From assembly GCA_018660505.1 (NCBI GenBank), contig JABJKE010000034.1:23114-87113 (forward strand): a DNA stretch of 64,000 nt. The letters are read 5' to 3'. Source of the DNA: Rhodobiaceae bacterium (lineage in GTDB: Bacteria > Pseudomonadota > Alphaproteobacteria > RS24). Position 1 is the stretch's first letter, and each line of letters begins with the position of its first letter. The translations under genes were made by a program, and so were the position numbers. Under the pieces are notes generated by a model. That model was not told the origin of the DNA, did not search any database, and saw nothing but the letters and a program-made list of their open reading frames with translations. Shown piece by piece: positions 48,213-57,881 of this stretch.

Positions 48213-49301
48213 GTGACGACACAAGATATCCATTTTATGCAGCAGGCGCTTCGCCTCGCCCGCTTTGGCTGGGGCCAAGTGGCGCCCAATCCGGCCGTCG
48301 GCTGTGTGGTGGTGGATGCGGCAGGCCATGTGGTGGGCACAGGCTGGACGCAAAACACGGGCCGTCCGCATGCTGAAACCGTGGCCTTGGCCGAAGCGGG
48401 CAAACGCGCGCGCGGCGGCACTGCCTATGTGACGCTCGAGCCCTGCGCCCATACGGGCAAAACACCGCCTTGCGCGCAAGCCCTGATAGAGGCGGGTATC
48501 GCGCGTGTGGTATATGCCATTGGCGACCCCGACGCGCGGGTCAATGGCGCTGGCGCGGCCATGTTGGCGGCGGCAGGTATACAAGTCGAAACCGGTTTAT
48601 GCGCCGCCCAAGCCGAGACGGACCAGCGTGGCTTTTTGTTGAGCCAGTCTGACAAGCGGGCGATGGTGACCCTCAAAATAGCGATCAGCGCCGATGGGTT
48701 TATGCGCACGCCCGAAGGTCAATCGCCCTGGATTACTGGCGTTTTGGCGCGCCAAAAAGGGCATATGTTGCGCGCCCAGCACGATGCGATTATCACCGGC
48801 GCAGGCACTTTAGCAGCCGATGACCCTTCGTTGGATTGTCGTTTGCCAGGTCTGGCCGACGCCTCACCCCTGCCTGTTATGATGAGCCGCGGCGGAAAAA
48901 TATCGCCCAAGTGCAAATTAGCCCAACGCGCCAAACACGAGGCCGTGTTGCTTTACACGCAGACCGATAGCGATTTCGCGGGCGAGACATGCGTGCTGAA
49001 ACAGCTTACGCCAGAAGCGGTTCTGGCCGATTTAGCGGCGCGCGGCATCACCCGCGTGTTGCTGGAATGCGGGCCCAAGCTGGCGCTGGCATTTGCGCAA
49101 GCGCGCTGCCTCGATGAAGTGGCTGTGTTTATTTCGTCCAAACCAGTCGACTTGGGCGGAAAAAGCGATATATCCACTCTCATGTCGCCCGAAGGGTTGG
49201 ACTTAACCCAGTTTAGCGAGGGCGACACGCAACAATTTGGACAAGACACCTATATCCATTATACCCGTCATGCGAATTGGCAAGAAGGAGCTTCGGCCTA
49301 A
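48213..49301 (+). CDS. ribD: bifunctional diaminohydroxyphosphoribosylaminopyrimidine deaminase / 5-amino-6-(5-phosphoribosylamino)uracil reductase
   Basis: 362 aa, GTG start. NPAVGCVVV, HAETVAL and TLEPCAH..KTPPC deaminase motifs, plus a reductase half. Confidence 0.92.
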   Translation: MTTQDIHFMQQALRLARFGWGQVAPNPAVGCVVVDAAGHVVGTGWTQNTGRPHAETVALAEAGKRARGGTAYVTLEPCAHTGKTPPCAQALIEAGIARVVYAIGDPDARVNGAGAAMLAAAGIQVETGLCAAQAETDQRGFLLSQSDKRAMVTLKIAISADGFMRTPEGQSPWITGVLARQKGHMLRAQHDAIITGAGTLAADDPSLDCRLPGLADASPLPVMMSRGGKISPKCKLAQRAKHEAVLLYTQTDSDFAGETCVLKQLTPEAVLADLAARGITRVLLECGPKLALAFAQARCLDEVAVFISSKPVDLGGKSDISTLMSPEGLDLTQFSEGDTQQFGQDTYIHYTRHANWQEGASA

Positions 49302-49921
49302 TGTTTACTGGAATTATTACCGATATTGGCACGATTATCGAAATTACGCAGGCCGGAGACACGCGCTTTCGGGTGCAGACCGCCTATGCGCCAGACGATA
49401 TTGCGATGGGCGCTTCGATTGCCCATTCCGGCGTGTGCCTGACGGTTATCGAAAAAGGCAGCGATGCAGCGGGCCATTGGTTCGATGTGGAAGCGTCGAA
49501 AGAAACGCTGGATGTTACCTCGGCGGGCACATGGCAAGTGGGCACGAAGCTCAACCTTGAGCGCGCCTTGAAAATGGGCGATGAGCTGGGCGGACATATT
49601 GTGTCGGGTCATGTCGATGGGTTGGCACGCATTCACTCGATTACGCCAGAGGGCGACAGCCAGCGCTATACGTTTGAAACCACGCGCGCGTTAATGCCGT
49701 TTATTGCGCCGAAAGGCTCGGTGACTTTAGATGGCACCTCGCTGACGGTAAATGAAGTCGAGGGGCTCACCTTCGGCATTAATCTTATTCCGCATACCCA
49801 ACAAGTCACCACATGGGGACTGTCTAAAGTGGGGGATATTATCAATCTAGAGATTGATGTTCTGGCACGCTATGTTGCGCGCCTGAAGCAAGCAGAAGAA
49901 CAATTAGGAGCTTCGTCATGA
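49301..49921 (+). CDS. ribE: riboflavin synthase (alpha chain)
   Basis: ATG 49301 overlaps the ribD stop (TAATG). MFTGIITDIG..., GDELGGHIVSGHVDG, SLTVNEV. Confidence 0.92.
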   Translation: MFTGIITDIGTIIEITQAGDTRFRVQTAYAPDDIAMGASIAHSGVCLTVIEKGSDAAGHWFDVEASKETLDVTSAGTWQVGTKLNLERALKMGDELGGHIVSGHVDGLARIHSITPEGDSQRYTFETTRALMPFIAPKGSVTLDGTSLTVNEVEGLTFGINLIPHTQQVTTWGLSKVGDIINLEIDVLARYVARLKQAEEQLGASS

Positions 49922-51024
49922 GCGAATTTAGTCAATATATCTCAACCCCGGAAGAAATTATCGAAGATGCCCGCAACGGCAAAATGATTGTTCTGGTAGA
50001 CGCGGAAGACCGCGAGAACGAGGGGGATTTGATTATCCCCGCGCAAATGGCGACACCCGATGCGGTTAATTTCATGGCCAAATTTGGCCGCGGCCTGATT
50101 TGCCTGACGATGACCAGCGAACGCTCTGACCAACTGGGGCTCGAGTTCATGTCGCAAAACAATCGCTCGCAACATCAAACGGCGTTTACCGTGTCCATTG
50201 AGGCGCGCGAGGGCATCACCACAGGGATTTCGGCGCATGACCGCTCGCAAACTATTTCGGTGGCCATCGACCCGACCAAAGGGATGACCGATATTGTCTC
50301 GCCGGGCCATGTGTTTCCCTTGGTGGCGCGCGATGGCGGCGTGCTGATGCGGGCTGGCCATACCGAAGCCTCGGTCGATTTATCGCGTTTGGCAGGGCTT
50401 TATCCGGCGGGCGTGATTTGCGAGATTATGAATGATGATGGCACCATGGCGCGACTGCCAGATTTGGTACAATTCGCGCAACTCCATGGGCTGAAACTGG
50501 GCACGATTGCCGACCTCATTGCCTATCGTCGCAAGAAAGATACTTTGATGAAGCGCATCCATGAAGATGTGTTCACATTGGCCAATGGCAGCGAAATGGC
50601 CGCCCATGTCTATCTCAATACGGTGACCAATGAAGAGCATATTGCTTTGGTGAAAGGCGATATCAGTGGGCCCGAGCCCGTGCTGACGCGGTTTCATGCC
50701 GAGAACTTGGTGGCCGATATTGCTGGCAGTGGTATGCCGCGCGCGGGCGTGTTTGAAAATGCGCTCAATATTATTGATGCGGAAGGGCGCGGCGTGGTGG
50801 TGATTATCCGCAATACGTCGCCAACGCCTTTCACCGATAGTATGAACCCGCAAACCAGCGGCGACCCGATGCCAACGCGTCTGCTCGACTATGGTGTGGG
50901 CGCGCAAATTGTGGCCGATTTGGGCTTGCATGAAATTGAATTGCTGTCCGATACGCCGCGCACGGTGGTGGCTTTGGAAGGCTATGATTTGAAAATCGTT
51001 GGCCAGCGTCCGATTAACGCTTAA
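49918..51024 (+). CDS. ribB: 3,4-dihydroxy-2-butanone-4-phosphate synthase fused to a degenerate GTP-cyclohydrolase-II-like domain (RibBX type)
   Basis: 368 aa. N-terminal DHBPS motifs (DAEDRENEGDLI, GLICL, HTEAS). The C-terminal half aligns with RibA (EGRGVVVII, DYGVGAQIVADLG, LEGYDLKIV) but contains no Cys at all, so the Zn ligands are missing. Confidence 0.85.
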   Translation: MSEFSQYISTPEEIIEDARNGKMIVLVDAEDRENEGDLIIPAQMATPDAVNFMAKFGRGLICLTMTSERSDQLGLEFMSQNNRSQHQTAFTVSIEAREGITTGISAHDRSQTISVAIDPTKGMTDIVSPGHVFPLVARDGGVLMRAGHTEASVDLSRLAGLYPAGVICEIMNDDGTMARLPDLVQFAQLHGLKLGTIADLIAYRRKKDTLMKRIHEDVFTLANGSEMAAHVYLNTVTNEEHIALVKGDISGPEPVLTRFHAENLVADIAGSGMPRAGVFENALNIIDAEGRGVVVIIRNTSPTPFTDSMNPQTSGDPMPTRLLDYGVGAQIVADLGLHEIELLSDTPRTVVALEGYDLKIVGQRPINA

Positions 51025-51038
51025 GCGGAGATAACCCT

Positions 51039-51464
51039 ATGTCGAAGAAAATTCTGATTGTCGAAGCTCGGTTTTACGAAGATATGGCCGATGCGCTGGC
51101 CGAAGGCGCCATTGCTGTTTTGGCGGCCGCTGGCTTGGACTATGAGCGCGTGGCCGTGCCGGGCGTTTTGGAAGTACCGGTGGCGATTAAATATGCTGCG
51201 GCCTCGGGGGCTTACGATGGTTATGTGGCTTTGGGCGTGGTCATTCGTGGCGAGACCAGTCATTACGATATTGTTTGCGGCGAGAGCGCGCGCGGGCTGA
51301 TGGAGCTGGGCATTAAACAAGACCTGTCGATTGGCAATGGCATTCAGACGGTAGAAGATGAAGCGCAAGCTTGGGCGCGGTGCAAAATATCCGACAAAGA
51401 TAAGGGCGGTGGTGCGGCAAAAGCGATGCTTGCGTTACGGGACTTGCGTCGTCAGTGGCTTTAA
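51039..51464 (+). CDS. ribH: 6,7-dimethyl-8-ribityllumazine synthase
   Basis: 141 aa. ILIVEARFYEDMADAL, VPGVLEVP and VIRGETSHYD motifs. Confidence 0.92.
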   Translation: MSKKILIVEARFYEDMADALAEGAIAVLAAAGLDYERVAVPGVLEVPVAIKYAAASGAYDGYVALGVVIRGETSHYDIVCGESARGLMELGIKQDLSIGNGIQTVEDEAQAWARCKISDKDKGGGAAKAMLALRDLRRQWL

Positions 51465-51479
51465 GAGTAAACCCTGTTT

Positions 51480-51947
51480 ATGACTGGTGATACTTATGAC
51501 GCGCGATCGAGCGCCCGACTCCTCGCCGTGCAGGCTTTGTATCAAATGGATATCGCCCGTACGCCCTTGGAAGTGATTATTCGCGAATTCAGCGAGCACC
51601 GCCTCGAGGCAAAGCTCGATGACGTAGACCTGCCAGCCGCCGACCCGGTGCATTTCGAGTTTTTGCTGCGCGGCGTGATGGACCATCAAACTTTGATTGA
51701 TCGCACCATCGATAAACGCCTCGCCGAGAACTGGCGCTTGGGTCGTTTGGACAGCACTTTGCGGGCGATTTTGCGCTGCGGCGTGCAAGAGCTCCTCAAC
51801 GCAGACCATGTGCCCGCCAAAGTGGCGGTGTCGCAATATGCCGATATCGCCCATTCGTTTTTCGATAGCGCCGAAGGCGGCATGGCCAACGCCTTGCTCG
51901 ACCGCGTGGGCAAAGACGTCGCGAGCGGCGACATAAGTAAATTCTAG
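51480..51947 (+). CDS. nusB: transcription antitermination factor NusB
   Basis: 155 aa. ARLLAVQALYQMD... and LRAILRCGVQELL motifs. ribH-nusB-thiL synteny. Confidence 0.9.
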   Translation: MTGDTYDARSSARLLAVQALYQMDIARTPLEVIIREFSEHRLEAKLDDVDLPAADPVHFEFLLRGVMDHQTLIDRTIDKRLAENWRLGRLDSTLRAILRCGVQELLNADHVPAKVAVSQYADIAHSFFDSAEGGMANALLDRVGKDVASGDISKF

Positions 51948-51960
51948 CCGCGGGTTTTAG

Positions 51961-52962
51961 ATGACAGATAAGCCTCCATATAATTCGGTTTCCAAAAATC
52001 TGGGAGGCGAATTTGAAATGATACGCGCGCTATTGGCGCCTTTGGCCCAAAACCCGAGCGCTCTAGGCTTGCAAGATGATGCCGCGCTTGTCGCGCCACC
52101 CCCCGGCATGGATATGGTCATCAGCAGCGATGCTTTGGTTTCGGGGGTGCATTTTCCAGTCCAAGCCGAGGCCAGTTTGGTGGCCAATCGCGCCTTGGCC
52201 TGCAATATCTCCGACCTTGCCGCCAAAGGCGCTGCGCCCGCGGGCTGCACATTGAGCTTGGGTCTCAGCGAGGCTTGGGACGAGGCTTATATTGGTCAGC
52301 TGATAACGGCTTTTGGCCGCGGTTTGCAGGCGTGGGCGCTTGAGCTTTGGGGCGGCGATACGGTTCGTGCGCCCACGGGTTTTTTATCTTTGACCGTGCA
52401 TGGCTGGGTGCCGCATCAAAAAATGCTGACCCGGAAGGGCGCGCAAATCGGCGATGATGTCTATGTCACGGGTGTTCTTGGCGATGGCTGGCTGGGCTTG
52501 CAGCATGTCTTGGGCGCGCCGAATAGCTTTGCGGACGCCCAGCTCGCCTATAGCGACCCGCAGCCGCCTTTAGCCTTTGGCCAAAAACTGCGCGATATCG
52601 CCACCAGTGCGTTGGATGTTTCGGATGGGCTAATGGCTGATTTAGACCATTTATGCGCCGCAAGCGCGGTTGGCATGGAGATTGACGCGGCTGATATTCC
52701 CTATTCTGAGGCGGGGCAGGCCTATTTAGCGGCGGGCGGTCAGCTGGAAAACCTGCTTGGCGGGGGCGATGATTTACAAATCGCTTTCACCGCCCCGCCC
52801 GAAACCGAGGCGGCGCTAACAGCGCTGGGGCAGGGCACACAAACCCAAGTGACCAAGATAGGCCGCGTGCGTGCAACAATTTCGGGCCAGCCATCGGCGG
52901 TTTTACGCGCGCCAAATGGCGCCGAGATAGCGCTGGCGACGCGCGGTTACCGTCATTTTTGA
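51961..52962 (+). CDS. thiL: thiamine-monophosphate kinase
   Basis: 333 aa. GEFEMIRAL, DDAALV, ISDLAAKGA, GGDT and DVSDGL motifs. Confidence 0.88.
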   Translation: MTDKPPYNSVSKNLGGEFEMIRALLAPLAQNPSALGLQDDAALVAPPPGMDMVISSDALVSGVHFPVQAEASLVANRALACNISDLAAKGAAPAGCTLSLGLSEAWDEAYIGQLITAFGRGLQAWALELWGGDTVRAPTGFLSLTVHGWVPHQKMLTRKGAQIGDDVYVTGVLGDGWLGLQHVLGAPNSFADAQLAYSDPQPPLAFGQKLRDIATSALDVSDGLMADLDHLCAASAVGMEIDAADIPYSEAGQAYLAAGGQLENLLGGGDDLQIAFTAPPETEAALTALGQGTQTQVTKIGRVRATISGQPSAVLRAPNGAEIALATRGYRHF

Positions 52963-53112
52963 CATTTTTGCGAAATAATCGGTCAAAAAGCCGGAATCTG
53001 TATGCTTTTTCTTGCGTTGCCGAACGATATTTGGCATGTTCGCCGCACTTAATCAGGGGGAGGTTCAGGTGCATTTCGTGCCGCCTATTCCCATAAACGA
53101 AGAGGTTATAAT

Positions 53113-55224
53113 ATGAGCAACTTGATGTGGCTTATCATCGGTTCTGGTCTGCTTGCCATTGTATATGGTATCTGGACTGCCCGAAGCATTATGCAGGCAG
53201 ATGCCGGCAATGAGCGGATGCAAGAAATTGCATCGGCTATTCAAGAAGGCGCTGGTGCCTATTTGAACCGTCAATATCGCACCATCGCCATGGTTGGTGT
53301 CGTTATCGCGATTTTGGTTTACTTCCTACTTGGCGCAAAAGTGTCCATCGGCTTTATCGTCGGCGCGACTTTGTCGGGAGCGGCGGGCTATGTTGGCATG
53401 CTGGTTTCGGTTCGCGCCAATGTGCGGACCACGCAAGCGGCTTCGGAAAGCCTTGCGGCTGGCCTCTCGTTGGCGTTCCGCTCGGGCGCTGTGACGGGTA
53501 TGTTGGTTGCGGGTCTGGCGTTGCTATCGGTTGCGGTTTATTTCGCGGTTCTGGTCAATGGCTTCGGCTTGGCACCGGATGGTCGCGAAGTGATTGACGC
53601 TTTGGTGGCTCTGGGCTTTGGGGCCTCGCTTATTTCTATCTTCGCGCGTCTCGGCGGCGGTATCTTCACCAAGGGTGCAGATGTTGGCGGTGACCTTGTG
53701 GGTAAAGTAGAAGCTGGCATCCCCGAAGATGACCCTCGCAACCCAGCCACAATCGCCGATAATGTTGGCGATAACGTCGGCGATTGCGCTGGCATGGCAG
53801 CTGACTTGTTCGAAACCTATGCGGTAACGATTGTGGCCACCATGGTGTTGAGTGCGATTTTCTTCACCAATGACGCTTTGGCGATGATGATGTACCCGCT
53901 GGCCATTGGCGCCACGTGCATCGTGACCTCCATCATCGGCACGTTCTTTGTCCGTCTGGGCAAAAACAACTCGATTATGGGTGCGCTCTACAAAGGCTTT
54001 ATCGCCTCTGCCGTGTTGAGCCTTGTGGCTTTATATTTCGTGACCGATGCGACCATCGGCCTGGATACGCAGCGGATTTATGAAGGCATTACCATCACCG
54101 GTATGGATCTTTATATCTGTGGCGTTTTGGGTCTGATTATCACCGGTCTGATTATTTGGATTACCGAATATTATACGGGCGTGAACTATCGTCCGGTTAA
54201 ATCTGTGGCTGCGGCTTCGGAAACCGGTCATGGCACCAATGTTATTCAGGGTCTGGCTGTTTCCATGGAATCAACCGCTCTGCCAGCGATTGTGATTGTT
54301 GTCGGCATTATCGCCACGCATAACATCGCCGGTCTGTTTGGCATTGCCATTGCGGTGAGCACCATGTTGGCGCTGGCTGGCATGGTTGTGGCGCTCGATG
54401 CTTTCGGTCCTGTGACCGATAACGCGGGCGGCATTGCGGAGATGGCAGAACTGCCAGAAAGCGTGCGCAACACCACCGATGCACTCGACGCCGTGGGCAA
54501 CACCACGAAAGCGGTCACCAAAGGCTACGCCATTGGGTCTGCGGGTCTTGGCGCTTTGGTGCTATTTGCCGCTTACACGCAAGACTTGCGTTTCTTCGCA
54601 GAAAACGCCGAGCAGTATCCTTACTTCGCTGGCGTTTCGGTCGACTTCTCTTTGTCCAACCCCTATGTGGTCTCTGGCCTGTTTATTGGCGGTCTATTGC
54701 CGTTCCTATTCGGTTCGATGGGCATGATGGCGGTGGGCCGTGCGGCGGGTTCCATTGTGGAAGAAGTGCGTCGTCAGTTCAAAGAGAAGCCAGGCATTAT
54801 GAAGGGCACCGAGAAGCCAGATTACACGGCTGCGGTTGACCTTTTGACCCGTGCGGCGATTAAAGAAATGATCGTGCCGTCGATGTTGCCGGTTCTCTCC
54901 CCGATTGCTTTCTACTTCATCATTGAGCAAGTCGCGGGCCGTTCGGCTGCTTTCTCGGCTCTGGGCGCTATGTTGCTCGGTGTCATCGTAACCGGCTTGT
55001 TCGTGGCTTTGTCCATGACAGCAGGTGGCGGTGCTTGGGATAATGCCAAGAAATACATCGAAGATGGCAATCACGGTGGCAAGGGCTCGGAAGCTCACAA
55101 AGCCGCTGTTACTGGCGACACGGTTGGCGACCCGTATAAAGATACGGCGGGCCCTGCGGTGAACCCAATGATTAAAATCACCAATATTGTTGCGCTTCTG
55201 CTACTGGCCGTTCTGGCTCACTAG
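53113..55224 (+). CDS. hppA: membrane-bound H+-translocating pyrophosphatase
   Basis: 703 aa. [51 protein letters not shown] and [11 protein letters not shown] motifs. Confidence 0.95.
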   Translation: MSNLMWLIIGSGLLAIVYGIWTARSIMQADAGNERMQEIASAIQEGAGAYLNRQYRTIAMVGVVIAILVYFLLGAKVSIGFIVGATLSGAAGYVGMLVSVRANVRTTQAASESLAAGLSLAFRSGAVTGMLVAGLALLSVAVYFAVLVNGFGLAPDGREVIDALVALGFGASLISIFARLGGGIFTKGADVGGDLVGKVEAGIPEDDPRNPATIADNVGDNVGDCAGMAADLFETYAVTIVATMVLSAIFFTNDALAMMMYPLAIGATCIVTSIIGTFFVRLGKNNSIMGALYKGFIASAVLSLVALYFVTDATIGLDTQRIYEGITITGMDLYICGVLGLIITGLIIWITEYYTGVNYRPVKSVAAASETGHGTNVIQGLAVSMESTALPAIVIVVGIIATHNIAGLFGIAIAVSTMLALAGMVVALDAFGPVTDNAGGIAEMAELPESVRNTTDALDAVGNTTKAVTKGYAIGSAGLGALVLFAAYTQDLRFFAENAEQYPYFAGVSVDFSLSNPYVVSGLFIGGLLPFLFGSMGMMAVGRAAGSIVEEVRRQFKEKPGIMKGTEKPDYTAAVDLLTRAAIKEMIVPSMLPVLSPIAFYFIIEQVAGRSAAFSALGAMLLGVIVTGLFVALSMTAGGGAWDNAKKYIEDGNHGGKGSEAHKAAVTGDTVGDPYKDTAGPAVNPMIKITNIVALLLLAVLAH

Positions 55225-55246
55225 TCTAGAGCAACAATGAAGTTAT

Positions 55247-55377
55247 AAGCCCGGGGCCTTCTATCGAAGGCCCCGGGTTTTTTTATGGGCACCATGCGGC
55301 CTTCTATCGAAAGCCCCGGGTTTTTGATGGGCACCACGCGGCCTTCTATCGAAAGCCCCGGGTTTTTTATGGGCGAC
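55247..55377 (+). repeat. three tandem copies (about 42-45 nt) of a terminator-like hairpin unit
   Basis: Units ..CCCGGGGCCTTCTATCGAAGGCCCCGGGTTTTTTTATGGGCACC / ATGCGGCCTTCTATCGAAAGCCCCGGGTTTTTGATGGGCACC / ACGCGGCCTTCTATCGAAAGCCCCGGGTTTTTTATGGGCGAC. Confidence 0.85.
55250..55284 (+). terminator. strong intrinsic terminator of hppA (first repeat unit)
   Basis: Perfect 12-bp stem CCCGGGGCCTTC / GAAGGCCCCGGG, loop TATC, followed by T7. Confidence 0.85.
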
Positions 55378-55446
55378 ACGGGCCTCTTTGCATTAACGAA
55401 TCCTTTATGCTTGGATGCGATAAATAATAAAAACAAGGAGCGCCCA

Positions 55447-55977
55447 ATGCAGGCCTATTTTGAGTATGCGTCGAAAACCAGCAGTTTAATTTTCACCTTC
55501 GTCCTGACCTATTTGTTTATATCGGTGATTTTTCCGTATTTTGCGGGCGATATGGCCAGTCTGGATGTGCGCACGGGGGGCTATACCCACGCCGAGGTCA
55601 TGGCAGCCATGCAGGGCTATGGAGACGCAGGGCGATTGCGCTATGCGTGGATTAGCCCGACTTTGGATACGCTGTTTCCGCTAATCTATGCGAGCTTTTA
55701 CGTCGGCATCCTATATCGTTTCGCGCCGATGACGCGGCTTCAGGGGCTGGTCTATATTCCCATTCTTGGCGGGGTTATCGACTTGGCCGAGAACGCGCAA
55801 ATTGTAGCTATGCTATTGCAATATCCAGATATCTCTGTCGCGCAAGTGGAATGGGCCAATCGGTTTACTTTGACCAAATTTATTTTCACGCGGTTATCGA
55901 TGTTAATGGCCGTCATCGTGCTGGCCTTTGCTGCACTTCAGGCCATTCATATACGTTGGCAAAAACGCCAGTCGTAA
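55447..55977 (+). CDS. hypothetical integral membrane protein
   Basis: ORF 55285..55977. The upstream part is just the translated terminator repeats. ATG 55447 (after AAGGAG) gives MQAYFEYASKTSSLIFTFVLTYLFISVIF..., about 4 TM. Confidence 0.55.
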   Translation: MQAYFEYASKTSSLIFTFVLTYLFISVIFPYFAGDMASLDVRTGGYTHAEVMAAMQGYGDAGRLRYAWISPTLDTLFPLIYASFYVGILYRFAPMTRLQGLVYIPILGGVIDLAENAQIVAMLLQYPDISVAQVEWANRFTLTKFIFTRLSMLMAVIVLAFAALQAIHIRWQKRQS

Positions 55978-55980
55978 CGC

Positions 55981-56451
55981 TTAAAAATCGCTGCCAGGCG
56001 CATTGTCGCCAAAGCGGCCGAGGTTGCCGAATATTTGCCCAAGCACCGAAAGTTCCTGCCCTTGGGTCTGGGTGGTGCGCTCTATGATGGGCACAATAAT
56101 GCCATCGTCCAGCCCGTAGACGGCGTAATCTCTTATCGTGTCATTGGCCGCGAAATAAATCGCCAGCACTTTGCGGTCGACTTCTTTGGGCGCGCGATAG
56201 CTCTCGGTCACAAAGCGCGAGTGGATGTAATAAAACGCACTGCCGTTTAATTTGGTCTGTGTCGATGGCGACCCAAAGTTATTTTGGACAGCCTGTTTTG
56301 TGGTACTGCCTTTTTTCAACCCATCGATTTGGCGCTGGTCGAAAATATAGCCTCGATTATCAATCACCGGCGCACACGCCTGCAAGGGCATGAGCAGGGC
56401 GGCCATCACCAGCGCGCATAGGCTTGCGCGCCCGAATAGGGGGTGTGACAT
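55981..56451 (-). CDS. bamE: outer membrane protein assembly factor BamE (SmpA/OmlA lipoprotein)
   Basis: ORF 55981..56487; ATG 56451. Lipobox LLMPLQAC. GYIFDQRQIDGLKKGSTTKQAVQNNFGSPS is typical of BamE. Confidence 0.78.
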   Translation of the reverse strand: MSHPLFGRASLCALVMAALLMPLQACAPVIDNRGYIFDQRQIDGLKKGSTTKQAVQNNFGSPSTQTKLNGSAFYYIHSRFVTESYRAPKEVDRKVLAIYFAANDTIRDYAVYGLDDGIIVPIIERTTQTQGQELSVLGQIFGNLGRFGDNAPGSDF

Positions 56452-56633
56452 TGTTTGTCTAATCTTTGCTTGTTCAATCAATCGCATGATTTATAACCTA
56501 TCTCAGATGGCTTGAATGATTTGGGTAGCCAATCGCACGCCTGCTGGCAACCTAAAATATGCCGACCCCCAGAGTTTCCGCCGCAGGAGGCGAAGAGACC
56601 AAAGTTTTTGCCGCGTGAGGCGAGGAGAAGAGT

Positions 56634-57191
56634 ATGGGATTATTAGATTTTCTATCGTTGCGCCGCAAGGCGCCCGATGTTTTGCCCGCCTATACCGCCA
56701 TTATGGCGCAAGCGCGTCGGCCAGATTATTATGGCGCCGGAAAAGTGCCCGATAGTTTTGACGGGCGGTTTGATTTTCTGTCGGCCCATGTCCATCTCGT
56801 CCTGCGCCGATTGCGCACCGATGGCGTGGCGCGCGAGGAAGTGGGCCAAGCGCTCTTCGATGTGTTTTTCCGCGATATGGACCAAGCGATGCGCGAATCC
56901 GGTGTGGGGGATTTGGGCGTCGGCAAAAGAATTCGCAAAATGGCGCAGGCGTTTTATGGCCGCGCCAGCGCCTATGATGAGGCGCTGGGCAAAGCCGCGC
57001 CGGCCCGGGCCACCAAGGCCGTCAAAGCGCGTCTGGTGGAAGTGCTGACCCGCAATCTCTATCCAGAGACGCCAGCCCTGGCCGATGCGGCGGGCATGGC
57101 AGATTTGGCGGCGCATCTCTTGGATTTAGAAAAGCAATTGGCCAAGAAATCCCTCGAGGATATTCTGGCTGGCCACGTGTTTGACGTTTAA
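56634..57191 (+). CDS. ubiquinol-cytochrome c chaperone domain protein
   Basis: 185 aa. PDSFDGRFDFLSAHVHLVLRRL...LFDVFFRDMDQAMRESGVGDLGVGKRIRKM pattern of the Ubiq_cyt_C_chap family. Confidence 0.7.
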   Translation: MGLLDFLSLRRKAPDVLPAYTAIMAQARRPDYYGAGKVPDSFDGRFDFLSAHVHLVLRRLRTDGVAREEVGQALFDVFFRDMDQAMRESGVGDLGVGKRIRKMAQAFYGRASAYDEALGKAAPARATKAVKARLVEVLTRNLYPETPALADAAGMADLAAHLLDLEKQLAKKSLEDILAGHVFDV

Positions 57192-57209
57192 GGTTTAAAG
57201 GCTCTCCCC

Positions 57210-57809
57210 ATGACCAAACTCCCAGACGATAATGAGATAGATTTTGAATTGCCCTTTGGCGAAGCCGAGATGAGCCTCTTGGTGCGCCAAGACGGCGTGC
57301 CGCCCTCTGGCAAAACGGTGAAACACACGGCCGATGCCGAGACGCTTATCGCCATGGCCGCCCGCTTGCAAGTCGAAGCGGTGGCCGATTTAAGCTTTCA
57401 AGCCCTGCTGACGCCGCTCGATAAATCTTGCTTGGTCGCCACGGGAAAACTAACCGCCAAGCTGCGTCAATTGTGCGGGGTCACGCTAGAGCCGCTGTGG
57501 ACCGAGATTGAACAGAGTTTCACCATCGAGTTTCAGCCTGCCGAACGGGTGGCGCAATATATGGTTCCCGAAGATGATTTCGACACTGATTTGCCTGAAG
57601 CCATGCACAATGGCGAAGCCGATATTGGCGAGGCGGTGACGCAAATTCTGGCGATGGAAGTGCCGGCCTATCCGCGCGCGCCAGGGGTTTCTTTTGACGG
57701 CTATGGTCAAAGCGAAGACGAGATGGCCGCCGAAGACAAACGTCCATCGCCTTTCGCAGGCTTGGCGGATTTGAAGTCGAAGCTGGAGAGCGACGGCGAC
57801 GAAACTTGA
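57210..57809 (+). CDS. yceD: YceD/DUF177 family protein
   Basis: 199 aa, acidic. Position immediately upstream of plsX-fabH. C-terminal PSPFAGLADLK motif. Confidence 0.7.
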   Translation: MTKLPDDNEIDFELPFGEAEMSLLVRQDGVPPSGKTVKHTADAETLIAMAARLQVEAVADLSFQALLTPLDKSCLVATGKLTAKLRQLCGVTLEPLWTEIEQSFTIEFQPAERVAQYMVPEDDFDTDLPEAMHNGEADIGEAVTQILAMEVPAYPRAPGVSFDGYGQSEDEMAAEDKRPSPFAGLADLKSKLESDGDET

Positions 57810-57881
57810 AGTTTTCTGCGAATTGGCGCATATAAAGCGCTGATTACGGATGTAGCGTAAAGCCAATTTTGAGGGGCTCTG

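Noticed and set aside
55226-55235. CTAGAGCAAC right after the hppA stop, identical to the last 10 nt of the CRISPR repeat. Considered as a possible stray repeat or protospacer flank.
   Set aside because: A 10-nt match is within chance expectation for a 64-kb window on two strands, and no further similarity extends on either side.
55285-55446. The N-terminal 54 aa of track ORF 55285..55977, containing repeated RPSIESPGF peptide units.
   Set aside because: It is the translated hppA terminator repeats. A proper RBS and ATG at 55447 begin the hydrophobic protein.
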